Shown here in pieces: positions 30,285 through 46,319 of a DNA stretch of 64,000 bases; positions within the stretch are counted from its first letter, which is position 1, and every line of letters starts with the position of its first letter. The notes beneath the pieces were generated by a model. The model saw nothing but the letters and a program-made list of their open reading frames with translations, did not search any database and was not told where the DNA came from. Source of the DNA: Macrostomum lignano (Eukaryota); NCBI GenBank assembly GCA_002269645.1, contig NIVC01001349.1, positions 15,261-79,260 of the forward strand, written 5' to 3'. A program made the position numbers and the translations under genes.

Positions 30285-30335
30285 AAGACCCTGACGATGT
30301 CCTAATGCAAATGGACGAAATGCATCGGCAACTCA
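30285..30335 (+). ncRNA. Minimal type I hammerhead ribozyme motif in the PLE pseudo-LTR
   Basis: CC-CTGACGA-T-GTCC(TAATGCAAAT)GGAC-GAAA-TGCA-TC-GG. Has the CUGANGA and GAAA cores, a 4-bp stem II, a palindromic UGCA stem III loop, and a predicted cut after C30326. Confidence 0.78.
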
Positions 30336-30729
30336 AATAATACTTCATGTTGATATTTACCTTTATTTATCTACAGAACAAAGCATTTGCCTCGCCGTCT
30401 AAAGAAGAAAAGGAAAAAGAGAGATGGGCAAAGAGCTGCGTTGTTTCACCGTTGACCGAGGACAAACATGAATGGGAAGTGAACTGGGGGTAAACTCCCC
30501 TCAACTGCTTAGGAACTGGACTAGTCATGCGGTACGCACTTCGCTTCAACCAAAAACTGGCGCGCCTCTCCAGGCAGAGAGGGGCAGCAGAATGCGGGAT
30601 ATTAAAAAATTATTTGCAAGGTTCGCTTGGCCGCGGAGACAATGCCCGCCAGTTCCAGGCGGACCACCCGCTAAGAGAGCGAGAGGGCATGGGATTTTCC
30701 ATACTGATTCGTAGCTTAAAAAGCTGAAC

Positions 30730-30918
30730 CTCTGTCTGTCTGTCTGTCTTAGTGTCTGTCTAAGTGTCTGTCTGTCTTAGTGTCTGTCTGTCTGTCTGTC
30801 TAAGTGTCTGTCTGTCTGTCTTAGTGTCTGTCTAAGTGTCTGTCTGTCTTAGTGTCTGTCTGTCTAAGTGTCTGTCTTAGTGTCAGTCTAAGTGTCTGTC
30901 TGTCTTAGTGTCTGTCAG
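30730..30918 (+). repeat. Degenerate (TGTC)n with TAAG/TTAG inserts
   Basis: Visible. Confidence 0.85.
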
Positions 30919-30920
30919 TA

Positions 30921-30990
30921 TCTGACAATAAGAAAGTCAGGGCCGCTGTACACCCTGTGTGAGCTCGTGCCAGCATACGTATTTGTGTGC
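30921..30990 (+). mobile_element. SINE family A, internal fragment
   Basis: tctgac..agaaagtcagggccgctgtacaccctgtgtgag matches copy 3. Confidence 0.55.
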
Positions 30991-31057
30991 ACAAATGCTA
31001 CACTGCATATCACATTGCTTTACTAATAAAGAACTCAAAATGCTGCAGTCGACTCAC

Positions 31058-31199
31058 CAAACTGACGCGAGCTGTCAGCCACCAATCCGACTGTCGGATG
31101 CACCTGGATTGTCAGCAGCAGCGGCAGCAGCGGCAGCAGCGGCAGCAGCGGCAGCAGCTGAGGCCATTTTGTTTCTGCCGATGGCCGCGGCGCCCACAT
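31058..31199 (-). CDS. Ig-superfamily receptor (iHog/CDON/BOC-like), first coding exon with signal peptide
   Basis: ATG at 31199 reads MWAPRPSAETKWPQLLPLLPLLPLLPLLLTIQVHPTVGLVADSSRQF, then a phase-1 donor G|GTGAGT. The acceptor at 31260 (ctaactttcagcccag) has a CTAAC branch point. The phase matches the exon at 10333. Not in the supplied ORF track. Confidence 0.75.
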
Positions 31200-31330
31200 G
31201 ACCGTCTGCTGTGGTTTTGATGCGGCAGCTGGACTTGAGGGCGGGTCGGGACACTGGCACCTGGGCTGAAAGTTAGTATGAAGGGCAAATTGAGCTATTC
31301 TGTATTAGTGTTCCCTTTTGGATCGCTTTC

Positions 31331-31740
<410 letters not shown>

Positions 31741-32548
31741 TGTCTGCCTGCCTGTCTGCCCACTTGTCCGTCTCAATGTATTTCAGCCAGTATTACGTCA
31801 CACTGCGCCCTACACGCTGCGAATGGCGTGCATCAACTCTCTAAATAATTAATAGGCGAAAAACGAAGAACAAAAAATTTCCCCGTCAGTAAAAATGAAA
31901 ACAGAAAATTAATTTAAGCCTGACTCATCCAGCCGAGGGGGAAGGTAAATGGATTAGATCTGTCGCTGACCAGCTGGGTTCCCCCAGACTCCCAGCGTCA
32001 TCCTGACCGCAGGTTCAGGTGAGCGAGCGAGTAAGGTAGGAGAAATTGAAGACGTAAGATGCGTCCGAGTCCTGCTCAAATCCAAATGAAACACGACAGT
32101 CGGCCAGGCTGGGGGAATCGAGCTGTGGCCAGGCCCTGAGCAACCCGAGAGCAGGGCGGCCTGCCGCACACAGATAATAGCAGACCGGAGCAGCAGCTGA
32201 GAACCCCCGCGAGTATCTCAATGTATCGCCCTCTCGGTTGCAGGCAATATTACGTAACTAGTTAAGGTAGGATTAATGCAGGAAGCTGGGAGCATCATCA
32301 TCAACTCGGCTGCAGATGGCACGCATTTGGCGGCATGACTGAGTAAGTGGGCCGTCCCTGCTGCACAGGAATTCTGTCTCCCAGCTCCCATGCTCAGCCT
32401 CCTGGCTGCATGTGATGTAGGATGTAGCGGGCATTCGAAGCCAGTTGGTTGAGCAAGAGTTGACTCAGGTTCAATAGCAATAGCTTCTGGTTTCGTAGAA
32501 ACTTAAGAAGCTCACGAAGATCTTACTGTTTTGTTGGTATCCACCCGT

Positions 32549-32822
32549 ACCATGGGGCGCGGAGTAGCCCTGCGTCACGACTCCTGGTTCGCACTCATGA
32601 AGGCCAACTCCCAAGGCACAGTGAAGTGTACATGTCTGACGATTAGAAAGTCAGGGACGATGTACACCCTGTGTGAGCGTGTGCCTGCGTACGTATCCGC
32701 GCGCTTGTATGCCTGCTCAGGGAGTCGGCGGAATGGGCAGTAATGCCTCTCGCCGGTTGTGTGCCAATGTCGCTTAAAGTGCGCCAGGGTGCACACAACC
32801 CCCCCTGCCTCTAATAAAAAAA
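32549..32822 (+). mobile_element. SINE family A, copy 3 (5'-divergent)
   Basis: Shares tacgtatccgcgcgcttgt..ggagtcggcggaatgggcag..cctctcgccggttgtg and the A-rich tail. Confidence 0.78.
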
Positions 32823-33499
32823 GAGCTCTTAATCTTGGAATTGTGTTTAAAAAATCGGCCTTCAAAAAAGTTGTATTCAAGGTTAGAGAGGAGATTCGAC
32901 AGCTCCGCTTGAAGCTTGGGACTGAAGTGGATGGTGGGTTGGAGATGAGACTGGGATGGAATTAATTCCTAAAAGTGTCAATTAAACTTTCTCGCCTTCA
33001 GCTGCAGCACTGAGATCGACAACAAATGGAGCTTTAAAAAATGCTTCAGACTCATGGGAATTGGGAAATCTAGCGCCTGGTATCTTGAAGGGAAGAGAGT
33101 TCGAACTCGACACGGCCTGGCGAGCGGTAATTGTGTATAGTGTGCCAGAGTGGGCGAGTGGGCGAGTGAAATAGAAGTACAAATTGCCTGGCAGTTGGCC
33201 CAAGTGTCTCGAAGAGTTCGTGCTCGCGGGGAAACCGAGTGGGAAGAGACTAATTGCGATGGTGTTGGGAAAAGGGGGGATGGCGGAATGGGGAGAAAGT
33301 CGAGGAAATTAGAATGGAGCTGCTGCGAAGGGGAGATTCTGTGCCTCCTTCATCCTTGTCCCCGCCTGTCCGTTCCCTGGCTGCTGGCCCCCCCAAACAC
33401 ATTGGGCAAAAATGTTGTCAGTCAGGAGGGTGTGGGAGAATTCTCGATCGAATCCAGTTTTTATCCTCAGAAGATTATATAAAAATCGTTAATAAAGTC

Positions 33500-34047
33500 T
33501 TAGTGACGGATCCAAATGGGTCTGAGGGGTCAACTGACCCCTTCAGAGAAAATCAACGGCGTCATATGACCACCCCGGAGACTCAGAGAAGCCCTATTAT
33601 TTACCTTTTTGATAGCAATATAGAGATTCTAATTCTGTATAATCTATATTCGAGTTTGGAGTCAGTGTCGGATCTACAGGGGTCGTAAAGGGTCAGCTGA
33701 CCTCCCTCTAAGAAAATCAGGGGCTCATGACCACCCCTCCTCCCCTCATTAAAAATTTATCTCTTTGGTTTTGATTTAACTTGGGGTTTCTCGTCTCGTT
33801 GTTTAAATTTGCCGACCGTGGCGGATCCAAGGCGGGTGGGGGTCGAGGGAGTGAGATGACCACCCCCAGGGAGGTCTAGGGAGTCAGCTTACCTCCCCGG
33901 AAGGGGTCGAGGGAGTCAGTTGACCTCCCCGGTCGAAGGAGCCATCTGATTACCCCGGGGGAGGGGGAGGGTTGGGGGAGTCAGCTGATCAACCCGGGGG
34001 TCGAGGGAGTCAGCTGACCCCCCGGGGACAATCGTGGATCGGCCCTA
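33500..34047. mobile_element. Cluster of degenerate MITE-like ends (GTGGCGGATCC type, Harbinger-like)
   Basis: gtgacggatcca (33503), gtgtcggatcta (33665), gtggcggatcca (33818) and a reverse end tggatcggcccta (34035); internal gggagtcagctgacc repeats. Confidence 0.4.
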
Positions 34048-34884
34048 GTCAGCCATGGCGGAATGGAGGCTCTCGTAAAAAATGCCTCACGCGAGCTGAG
34101 CAGTCGCGTGGACCAGCGGATTAGCGCTAATCCAGCGAGCGAGGAATAGCAAAATGAAGGGGTCTGCTGAGGGGGTCAGGGGACAAACAAATGGCTAGAA
34201 ATTCCTATCCGATTGAAGATAATTAGTTTCAGTCCCTCGGCAAAAACAACAAACCCGCCGAATTCAAATCTGCTTGGCCTGACCCGGCCGTTTCTAGGAA
34301 ATTTCTGCGCGATAAAACAAAAAATGCTATTTTTTGGTTTGGTTTGACGAGGGGAAATCGAAAATTTAAATCCCGCTCAGCTTTTAGCTTTTTTCCTCTC
34401 TGTCGTAACTCATCGGATTGGGGTGCTTGTGCCTTTTCGGTTCAGATTGCTTTTTTATAGTTTCCAGGTTGTACCATTCTGTGCCTGCTCACCTCGCTTG
34501 AAATGCTAAAGGATTATGTTGCTGAGTTCAGGATTAGCGGCAGTCCCACTCATCCACGCTGAGGGCAACAGCATTGGGGAAAATCTTCCCAAAGTACTTT
34601 CTTGTACCAGCTATACAATGCAAGCAGATTGTGGCTCAAGTCTCTCCAGCAGATTGATGCGATTTCTCTTGCATACTTGACCCTCCCCCTTCTGGAGCAG
34701 ATCCCGCTGATGCTCAATCAGTACGCCGCATGCCTCTGGCCCCAAATCTTGAAATTTATGACTGGGTTAGCCTCAGCCTGCTCAGCTTCTTCTCAAGGCA
34801 TCGATCATGCAGGATGAGCAGCACTTTCTTGCATAAAAAACATGACAGCTCAGCGAGTGCTGGCCGAGTGATGAGCTTGGATCT

Positions 34885-35825
34885 GTGTAGCTTCACAACA
34901 CTCAGCTTCACAAACCTCGTAGCTTCACAACCATCATAGCTTCACAGCCCTCGTAGTTTCACAACCCTCGTAGCTTCCCAACCATCATAGCTTCACAACC
35001 CTCGTAGCTTCACAACCCTCGTAGCTTCACAACCCTCGTAGCTTCACAACCCTCGTAGCTTCACAACCTTCGTAGCTTCACAACCCTCGTAGCTTCACAA
35101 CCTTCGTAGCTTCACAACCCTCGTAGCTTCACAACCCTCGTAGCTTCCCAACCATCATAGCTTCACAACCCGTGTAGCTTCACAACCCGTGTAGCTTCAC
35201 AACCCGTGTAGCTTCACAACCCGTGTAGCTTCACAAACCGTGTAGCTTCACAACCCTCATAGCTTCACAACACTCAGCTTCACAACCCTCGTGTAGCTTC
35301 ACAACCCTCGTAGCTTCACAACACTCAGCTTCACAACCCTCGTGTAGCTTCACAACCCTCGTAGCTTCACAACCCTCGTAGCTACACAACCCTCGTAGCT
35401 ACACAACCCTCGTAGCTACACAACCCTCGTAGCTTCACAACCCTCGTAGCTTCACAACCCTCGTAGCTTCACAACCCTCGTAGCTACACAACCCTCGTAG
35501 CTTCACAACCCGTGTAGCTTTACAACCCTCGTAGCTTCACAACCCGTGTAGCTTCACAAACCGTGTAGCTTCACAACCCTCATAGCTTCACAACACTCAG
35601 CTTCACAACCCTCGTAGCTTCACAACCCTTGTAGCTTCACAACCCGTGTAGCTTCACAACCCTCGTAGCTACACAACCCTCGTAGCTTCACAACCCGTGT
35701 AGCTTCACAACCCTCGTAGCTTCACAACCCGTGTAGCTTCACAACCCGTGTAGCTTCACAACCCTCGTAGCTTCACAACCCGTGTAGCTTCACAACCCGT
35801 GTAGCTTCACAACCCTCGTAGCTTC
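34885..35825 (+). repeat. 17-bp minisatellite (CTTCACAACCCTCGTAG)
   Basis: About 55 copies. Confidence 0.97.
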
Positions 35826-37220
35826 AAAAAGTAAAATCTAATAAGTTTCACAGCCTCTAAAGTGTCAAGCCTTAGCTACACAAAACTGACAACTCAAGGC
35901 GCTGTTTAGCTATTCTGTTTGACAACTCAAACTAGAACAGCTGAGTTCACGCTCCCAACTCAGCACTTTGCGCCAAGCAACCAGCTCACTGCATCATCTG
36001 GCAGAGTCTCAAGAAGGCCTTGGCATCGTCGGGCCCACAATGCCCGGTGCCGGAAGACGCTACCGATCGTAAATCAGACGCGCTGAGAGGCTGAGGCAGG
36101 CGCTCAGATCTCATTCTTCATCAGCCACCCCCCTCCTCTCTCTGATCTGATTGTCGGCAGCTCTATTGAGAGACCCGACTCCCGCTTGACCCCCCGGCAC
36201 CCCTTGCACTGTCTGCTTCCAGCTGCTGGCCAGTTCTCTCTTCCGGCGGCTGTGGAGGCTGCCTGGGACAGAAGAGTTCAGAGGATTAGGAAGCGGTTAA
36301 TCCATCACTGGGCCGGGACCGCAGGCGGCCTACCTAATTGAATTAAGCGCCAGGTTTAATGGCCAGCCGCCCGGGTCGCAGATGCCGAGCCTGTTTGAAA
36401 ATCCGCCGTCTTCTCCCTCGCCTCTCAGTGGCGATGAAAAATCCCCAAATAGGAAATTGGGGGAAAAGGGATCGAAGCGGAGACAGAGAAGAGCCGACTG
36501 TAAGAAGGATTAATCATTTTTTTTCTGTTATTTTTCCCTCGAATTTGTCCGCCGAGAATTCGCAGAGAGGAGGGAAAGAGGCGAATTAACTGAAAATTTG
36601 TTTATTCCTTCTTTGCCAAGAGGAAATTGGAGATGAAAAATCGAGGGGGGGGGTCCATCAGTCTCACAAAGGACTGAAAAAACTGAAAAATCTCTTCTTC
36701 AAACAGGCCGGCACGCAACTGGGACTCCTCGGGATCCCGGAGACAATCTGCTGCATCAGTCTCGGGATTCTGAGGACTGCTCGCTTGGGACAGCTCTGAC
36801 ACGCATTGTCAGGAATGATATCTTTCAGGGAGAATGTTTTTGGCGATTGGGGCTGCTTGTTGTCACAACTGGGGACCAGTTGTAGCCATTCTCACTCTTG
36901 CTAATAGGCTCACGACATCCATTTCTGTCCCAAACTGTGTTCGCACGAAGCGTAGCATCTGCCTGTGTGTGTTCAGGATGGGCTTCCAATTATCAGGTGT
37001 GCTGACTATCCACTGTATTCTGGGGTGCGCAGAAGTGACTGGGGGTCGACCGCGATCTCTCGCACCTGTACAAACACGTGTCCCCGCCCCCACAGCCTGC
37101 ATGCCACTTGGCTGCTGCACACGACAGCTTGGGAGACGGCCCTGCCCTGCCCAGGGCCACGCCTCCTCCTTGCTCACCTAAAGTTGACAAGGCTCAGTGG
37201 CGTGTTTGCAGTGAGTCCCG

Positions 37221-37346
<126 letters not shown>

Positions 37347-37639
37347 TCCAACTCTTCTCGACTAATTGAAGCCAGAAGCCACGCAGCCAGTTTAACCAAA
37401 ATCCCGCGCAATGCATGTTGCAGCTGAGAGTGGCTGCTGCGCCAAATGAAAGCGGGAAAGCTATAAACTTTTCAAGCACCTTGTCTGGAAGCTTTTAGCT
37501 AGAGAAAAATTGAGAGAAAGGACAGCTAATGCTTTGTAATTGGAGAATTTGGAATTTAAAGGCACTTTTTTGGGGGGAAGAATTATTTAGAAAGGACTCC
37601 TGGAAAGGAGAGATTTTCAGGGGGAACTCTCATTCTCGA

Positions 37640-38000
37640 GGTAGACTCTCAAGTGAAATTCCTAGGGTAGAATCTCAAGCGAGACCAGGGTAGACTCTCA
37701 AGTGAGACTGCCAGGGTAGACTCTCAAGTGAGACTGCCAGGGTAGACTCTCAAGTGAGACTGTCAGGGTAGACTCTCAAGTGAGACTGCCAGGGTAGACT
37801 CTCAAGTGAGACTGCCAGGGTAGACTCTCAAGTGAGACTGCCAGGGTAGACTCTCAAGTGAGACTGCCAGGGTAGACTCTCAAGTGAGACTGCCAGGGTA
37901 GACTCTCAAGTGAGACTGCCAGGGTAGACTCTCAAGTGAGACTGCCAGGGTAGACTCTCAAGTGAGACTGTCAGGGTAGACTCTCAAGTGAGACTCCCAG
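37640..38000 (+). repeat. 26-bp minisatellite (GGGTAGACTCTCAAGTGAGACTGCCA)
   Basis: About 13 copies; each unit is an imperfect palindrome. Confidence 0.95.
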
Positions 38001-39516
38001 GGTTAGACTCTCGGAAGAGACTTTCATGAGAACTCTCAGATTTGACTCTAAGGAGTGTCTCCCATGAGACCAAAGGGACTCCCAGACTCTCAAAAAGACT
38101 CTCAGGGAAAATGTCACACAGACAATTAGGGGGAGGTCACTCCCAGGGGGACGAGAGACACCCAAGAGAGACTCTCTCAGAGAACTCTTGGAACAATCAT
38201 AAACATGAGCATGCTTTTTTGCTTGAAACATTGTCACTTGTAATTCTATCGAAAATCGTAAACGTTAATTTTAACTGAGTGGTTTGTAACTCTGTATAGA
38301 CTGTAAAAAAGGAAACAGTCAATCCTATTCAGAATGATACACACTAATTTCCCTGTTGCTACCCTGTTGCCACGCGGATAAATTCCAAGCGTGTAATGAT
38401 ATAGATAGATAGACAAAGAGGTCGGTCGTTACGTTATTCAGTCAATTCGAAACAGGCTAAAGCGATTTAGAAGCGATGGAGACAGACAGTCAGCCACATC
38501 AACCACCCATTCCCATGGGGAGACCCGGGAGCTCGCCAAATAATTACAAATTTTCCCCTATCTCGCTTCCTTCTCTGCCTTTCGATAAACCGTTGGGAGC
38601 TTTTCAATTTTTCTCATTAGCTGACATTGGTGTGGCACAGCAAGGGGGCCGCAGTGACGGACAGATGTGGTGGGGAGTCTGCATATCTGCATGGCGTTGG
38701 CATGTCAATGGGGCTGGTTGGCAACTATAGCTTGGAATAGCTACATAGTCTCCAGCATTCTGATTCACTCTCAAGTCCTCAAGGGAGGGAATTGGCTGTG
38801 GCTCTTCCTCTGGCTAGCGGTATAACTTGAGTGCACAAATCCCGCTCGGACTGGCGCCAATGTTTTAACGGATTTGAGAAACCCTTGATGCGAATTTTAT
38901 GCTGAAAAGGAAACCGGCAACGATTCTGAAACTGGTCATGACTAAACCCTGACAGAAGGCTTCTTTCTCTCCCTCCCTGACCTGCTCACGCTGGGGCAAA
39001 ACGCTACAAAAGCAGAGGGGAGTCTGGTCGTGTTCGTGCCTCAGCTCGTCACTCGCTTTCCTGTTTCTGAAGCCCCACACCGAGTTATGAGACTTATTCT
39101 CATTAATTCATATGAGCTATAGTATTCGTTATTAATAACCGTCTTTATGAAAGTCGAACTGGAGGTGTGCGCGTGACGCAACAGCATACGGAAAACTGGG
39201 CTGGTATGGCGTGGACTCATCGGGCCGTGAAAAGTTGAGAGAAGAGGGGATAGAGAGAGCATCGTGAGTCCCGATACTGGGGCTAGACTTGAGCTTCAAG
39301 AGTCGTCGGGCCTCTCACTCTCGTTCTATTTCTCCTGCACGACATGCTTTTTGACAGAATGCGATTCATAGATTCTGGGTTGTCAAGATGACAAATTTGC
39401 ATTGTACAACTGGCTTCGATCCATTGAGGGAATCATCAATCAGCAATACAGATGCAGATATGGAGATATGTTGAGAATGTTTCGCTTCCTAGGAATTAGT
39501 GGGTGCCGGTTCTCTA

Positions 39517-40090
<574 letters not shown>

Positions 40091-40439
40091 TCTCTCTCTC
40101 TTTCTCTCTCTTGCGTGTTACCCTTTTTTTTTTTTACCCGGCTTGCAAACGAAAAAAGCGGAATTTAAGCCAAGCTTCAAACCGGCAGTCCATCAGATTG
40201 GCATTGATCCAGTTAAATTGAAAATTTCTAAATTACAGTACTTGAAGCTTCAAGGCCCCAATACACCCGACCGAGGGCAGTTCAGCTATTCAGATTCGTA
40301 TCAAAGCTTTTACGTAACTCGAAATTTGAATTTGACTCAGTGGGGCAAGCGGGTCACAAATGCGTACGACTGCCAAGAGGAGAGATTTTAGCGAAATTTG
40401 AAGGCCAATGCTTTGTATACGATTATCTGATTGCAGTGG

Positions 40440-41368
40440 AATCTACCCAGTTAGGAATAGAGCCTACCCAGATCGGGGTGTAGAACCTACCCAGCTCGGA
40501 GTGTAGAACCTACCCAGCTCGGAGTGTAGAACCTACCCAGATCGGTGTGTAGAACCTACCCAGATCGGGGTGTAGAACCTACCCAGCTCGGAGTGTAGAA
40601 CCTACCCAGATCGGAGTGTAGAACCTACCCAGATCCGGGTGTAGAACCTACCCAGCTCGGAGTGTAGAACCTACCCAGATCGGAGTATAGAACCTACCCA
40701 AATCGGAGTATAGAACCTACCCAGATCGGAGTATAGAACCTACCCAGATCGGAGTATAGAACCTACCCAGATCAGAGTAGAACCTACCCAGTTCCGAGTA
40801 GAACCTACCCAGATCGGAGTAGAACCTACCCAGATCGGAGTAGAACCTACCCTAATCGGAGTGTAGAACCTACCCAGATCGGAGTATAGAACCTACCCAA
40901 ATCGGAGTATAGAACCTACCCAAATCGGAGTATAGAACCTACCCAGATCGGAGTAGAACCTACCCAGATCAGAGTAGAACCTACCCAGTTCCGAGTAGAA
41001 CCTACCCAGATCGGAGTAGAACCTACCCAGATCGGAGTATAGAACCTACCCAGATCAGAGTAGAACCTACCCAGTTCCGAGTAGAACCTACCCAGATCGG
41101 AGTAGAACCTACCCAGATCGGAGTATAGAACCTACCCAGTTAGGAATAGAACCTACCCAGATCGGAGTAGAACCTACCCAGATCGGAGAATAGAACCTTC
41201 CCAGTTAGGAATAGTACCTACCCAGATCGGAGTAGAACCTACCCAAATCAGAATAGAACCTACCCAGATCGGAGTAGAACCTACCCAAATCAGAATAGAA
41301 CCTACCCAGATCGGAGTAAAACCTACCCAAATCAGAATAGAACCTACCCATATCGGAGTAGAACCTAT
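40440..41368 (+). repeat. 22-24-bp minisatellite (AGAACCTACCCAGATCGGAGT[AT])
   Basis: About 40 copies. Confidence 0.96.
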
Positions 41369-42384
41369 TATTATTAAAAATAGGACCTATAAAATTATTA
41401 TTGTGTACTATAAAAGAGCCGCTTAATAAACTTCTACTGAAAGCAGGAGCTACGATAGCTTCAGCCCGGTGGTTAAGCAATAAAACTGGAGCCCTACCAA
41501 CTTTAATAGCTTACCTAGATAAGCAATTATGATGATGAACAAAGAGGTTCTCGGGTAATTTCCCCAATTTAATGTCTTTATAGAAGCTTCCAAAGTAAGT
41601 CCCTTTTGTGCTGACCAGGATAGCCTACTTCCGGGGATCTGCCATTATTGGTATCCCCCAATATGGCCTTCCCTCCATATCAGATTAAATTAACGCCGGA
41701 TAAAATCTCATGAAGAAAAAACCGGCAGAACAGCCAACCCCTCCCTCCCCAGCATCAGAAATTAAGTTGAATTTCACGAGCAGCCAGAGTCCGAGACACT
41801 CTCCACCCCCGAGGGGCTTCGACTGGGATTAAGAGGCAGGACAGGGGGGAGACGGTGAGAGGCGCGAGAGGCGGATGATATCAAGAAGGCAAAGAGAAAG
41901 GGGGAATGATGCCAAAATTCGAATTCGGCTTGGCCCAATCTCCCATTTCTTGGCCGGCCGGCCGTAATCAGCAACAGCAGCAGCGGCCGCCAGGGTTAAC
42001 CATTTTATTGGGGGGGGGGCTTGGACCCCCCCCCCCCAGGACTCAGCGGGGAAGAAAGAAACCGGGGCAAAGAATTTGAGCACAGTCTCTGCCTTCTTAT
42101 CTTGGAAAATAGAGGGTTTCCATTTTGAAATCCCCCTGAGAGAGTGAGAGGGGGTGGGGTGGAAACGTGATACCAGGAGAGAGAAGAGAAGAGAGCGGAG
42201 AGCGGGATGAGACGTCTTCTTGGTCATTTTATTCCCACAGTAACCGGTTTCCGCGGCTTATCCTCGCCTTCTCAAGAAAGTATTCGCATGATCGCATCAA
42301 AACGCATCGGGGAATTTCCATTCTGTCCCGTCTAATCGTAAAATTACCCTTCAAAATCTTTCATCTCGTTTGTCAAATCTTTCT

Positions 42385-43137
42385 CAGTGAGATCCCATCT
42401 CAGGTTCTCTCTCTCAGTTCAGTGAGATCCCATCTCAGGAGCTATTCTCTCTCTCTCTCTCTCACTTCAGTGAGATCCCATCTCAGGTGCTATTCTCTCT
42501 CTCTCTCACTTCAGTGAGATCCCTATCTCAGGAGCTATTCTCTCTCTTTCTCTCTCACTTCAGTGAGATCCCATCTCATGTGCTATTCTCTCTCTCACTT
42601 CAGTGAGATCCCATCTCAGGTGCTATTCTCTCTCTCTCAGTTCAGTGAGATCCCTATCTCAGGAGCTATTCTCTCTCTTTCTCTCTCACTTCAGTGAGAT
42701 CCCATCTCATGTGCTATTCTCTCTCTCACTTCAGTGAGATCCCATCTCAGGTGTTATTCTCTCTCTCTCTCTCTCAGTTCAGTGAGATCCCATCTCAGGT
42801 GCTATTCTCTCTCTCTCTCAGTTCAGTGAGATCCCATCTCATGTGCTATTCTCTCTCTCAGTTCAGTGAGATCCCATCTCAGGTGCTATTCTCTCTCTCT
42901 CAGTTCAGTGAGATCCCATCTCAGGTGCTATTTTCTCTGTTTAGTTCAGTGAGATCCCATCTCAGGTGCTATTTTCTCTGTTTAGTTCAGTGAGATCCCA
43001 TCTCAGGTGCTATTTTCTCTGTTTAGTTCAGTGAGATCCCACCTCAGGTGCTATTTTCTCTGTTTAGTTCAGTGAGATCCCATCTCAGGCGCTATTCTCT
43101 CTCTCACAGTTCAGTGAGATCCCATCTCAGGTGCTAT

Positions 43138-43171
<34 letters not shown>

Positions 43172-43200
43172 AGTTCAGTTCAGTGAGATCCCATCTCATG
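42385..43200 (+). repeat. ~40-bp minisatellite (TTCAGTGAGATCCCATCTCAGGTGCTATT(CT)nCAG)
   Basis: About 19 copies with a variable CT tract. Confidence 0.95.
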
Positions 43201-43741
43201 CTTTCCTTCACCTCAGCACCCAAAAATATCACGTGAGCTAGTCTATCCCAGGCTTGAACCTGTTTAAACAATGCAGTTAGCTTAGCCAGAGGTAAGCAGA
43301 ATCGAAGCCGAGTTTTGTGGACTCCGAGCCGCAACTCAGTGGAGCAGCAGCGGATCGGTTACAAATTTTGGTGGGGGTGGGTAGAAAAACGGGGATGCTA
43401 GCTGCCACTGCTCTGCTCAGCTTTGGAAATCCTAGCTCGGTTGGTACACGGAACCAGTGCGCGATTGTTGAGCCAATAAACAGGATTTCGATCCTTGAAC
43501 AGGCGTCTTTGCCTATTGTGAAACTCTGCTCAGGCGGGGCTGCCTGTGAGAGGCTTGGGCTATGGGTTGGCTGGCAAGTCAGTGCATGGGCAGATTGTCT
43601 CTAGATTGAATGCTCCAGCGTGGACAATAGCAATCGGTGTAGAGTGATACGGAGCGCGGGGCTTGCCTACCAGATTGGCAATAAATGGAATCGATGGCCC
43701 GCGATTAATTATTCAACTACTAGGAAACTGCTCAGCATGAC

Positions 43742-45874
<2,133 letters not shown>

Positions 45875-45968
45875 TTGATCGCGAAATGATAGTTATATAT
45901 TTGAGTTCAGGCACCGCTCTAGGCAACTAACTAATTAGCAAAGAGAGCAAGAGCAATTTAGCACTCAC

Positions 45969-46022
45969 CTGTATTTGGATTCAAACCGCCACAATGAGGT
46001 TCAAAGCTTGGGCTGCCTCGGT
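45969..46022 (-). other. Candidate 54-nt (probably non-coding) exon, possibly 5' UTR of the Ig gene
   Basis: ctcttgctctgcatcag acceptor and ACAG|GTGAGT donor; no other support. Confidence 0.3.
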
Positions 46023-46319
46023 CTGATGCAGAGCAAGAGCAATCAATGAACGGCTTTGTCAGCAATCCAAAATGGAATTGGGATACCAGAGGCCCGTCTT
46101 TTTGTCTTAAACCGAGTGAATGTCATTGGTTGCATTCTCCCAGCCAATTGCAAGGCAATATTATCGCGGGTTTTATGTTTACTACTTAAAACAGAATGGA
46201 AAGCAGTAGTCACAAAGGAGCATTTATAGTATCAAGTAGTTTTTGTTGCAGCAAGAAAATATGCTAAATAACAACAGAACAACACATAACTTTCGTTTCG
46301 TCTGGTTTTCGCTGAGCAA

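Larger units (their letters stand above)
28924..30374 (+). mobile_element. 5'-truncated Penelope-like retroelement with inverted pseudo-LTR
   Basis: GIY-YIG endonuclease remnant 29684-30102 (GVVYKFVC..YIGKTKRHLYTRVREH..SAINEHL..LLEALYIKTKQPTLN..LRIF*). 28924-29683 (minus a 314-bp insertion) is the reverse complement of 29929-30374 (446 bp; no mismatch seen by eye). Confidence 0.92.

Noticed and set aside
36602-37177. Minus-strand ORFs of 66-104 aa that read protein-like
   Set aside because: No recognisable domain and no consistent splice-phase chain; could be a TE relic or chance.
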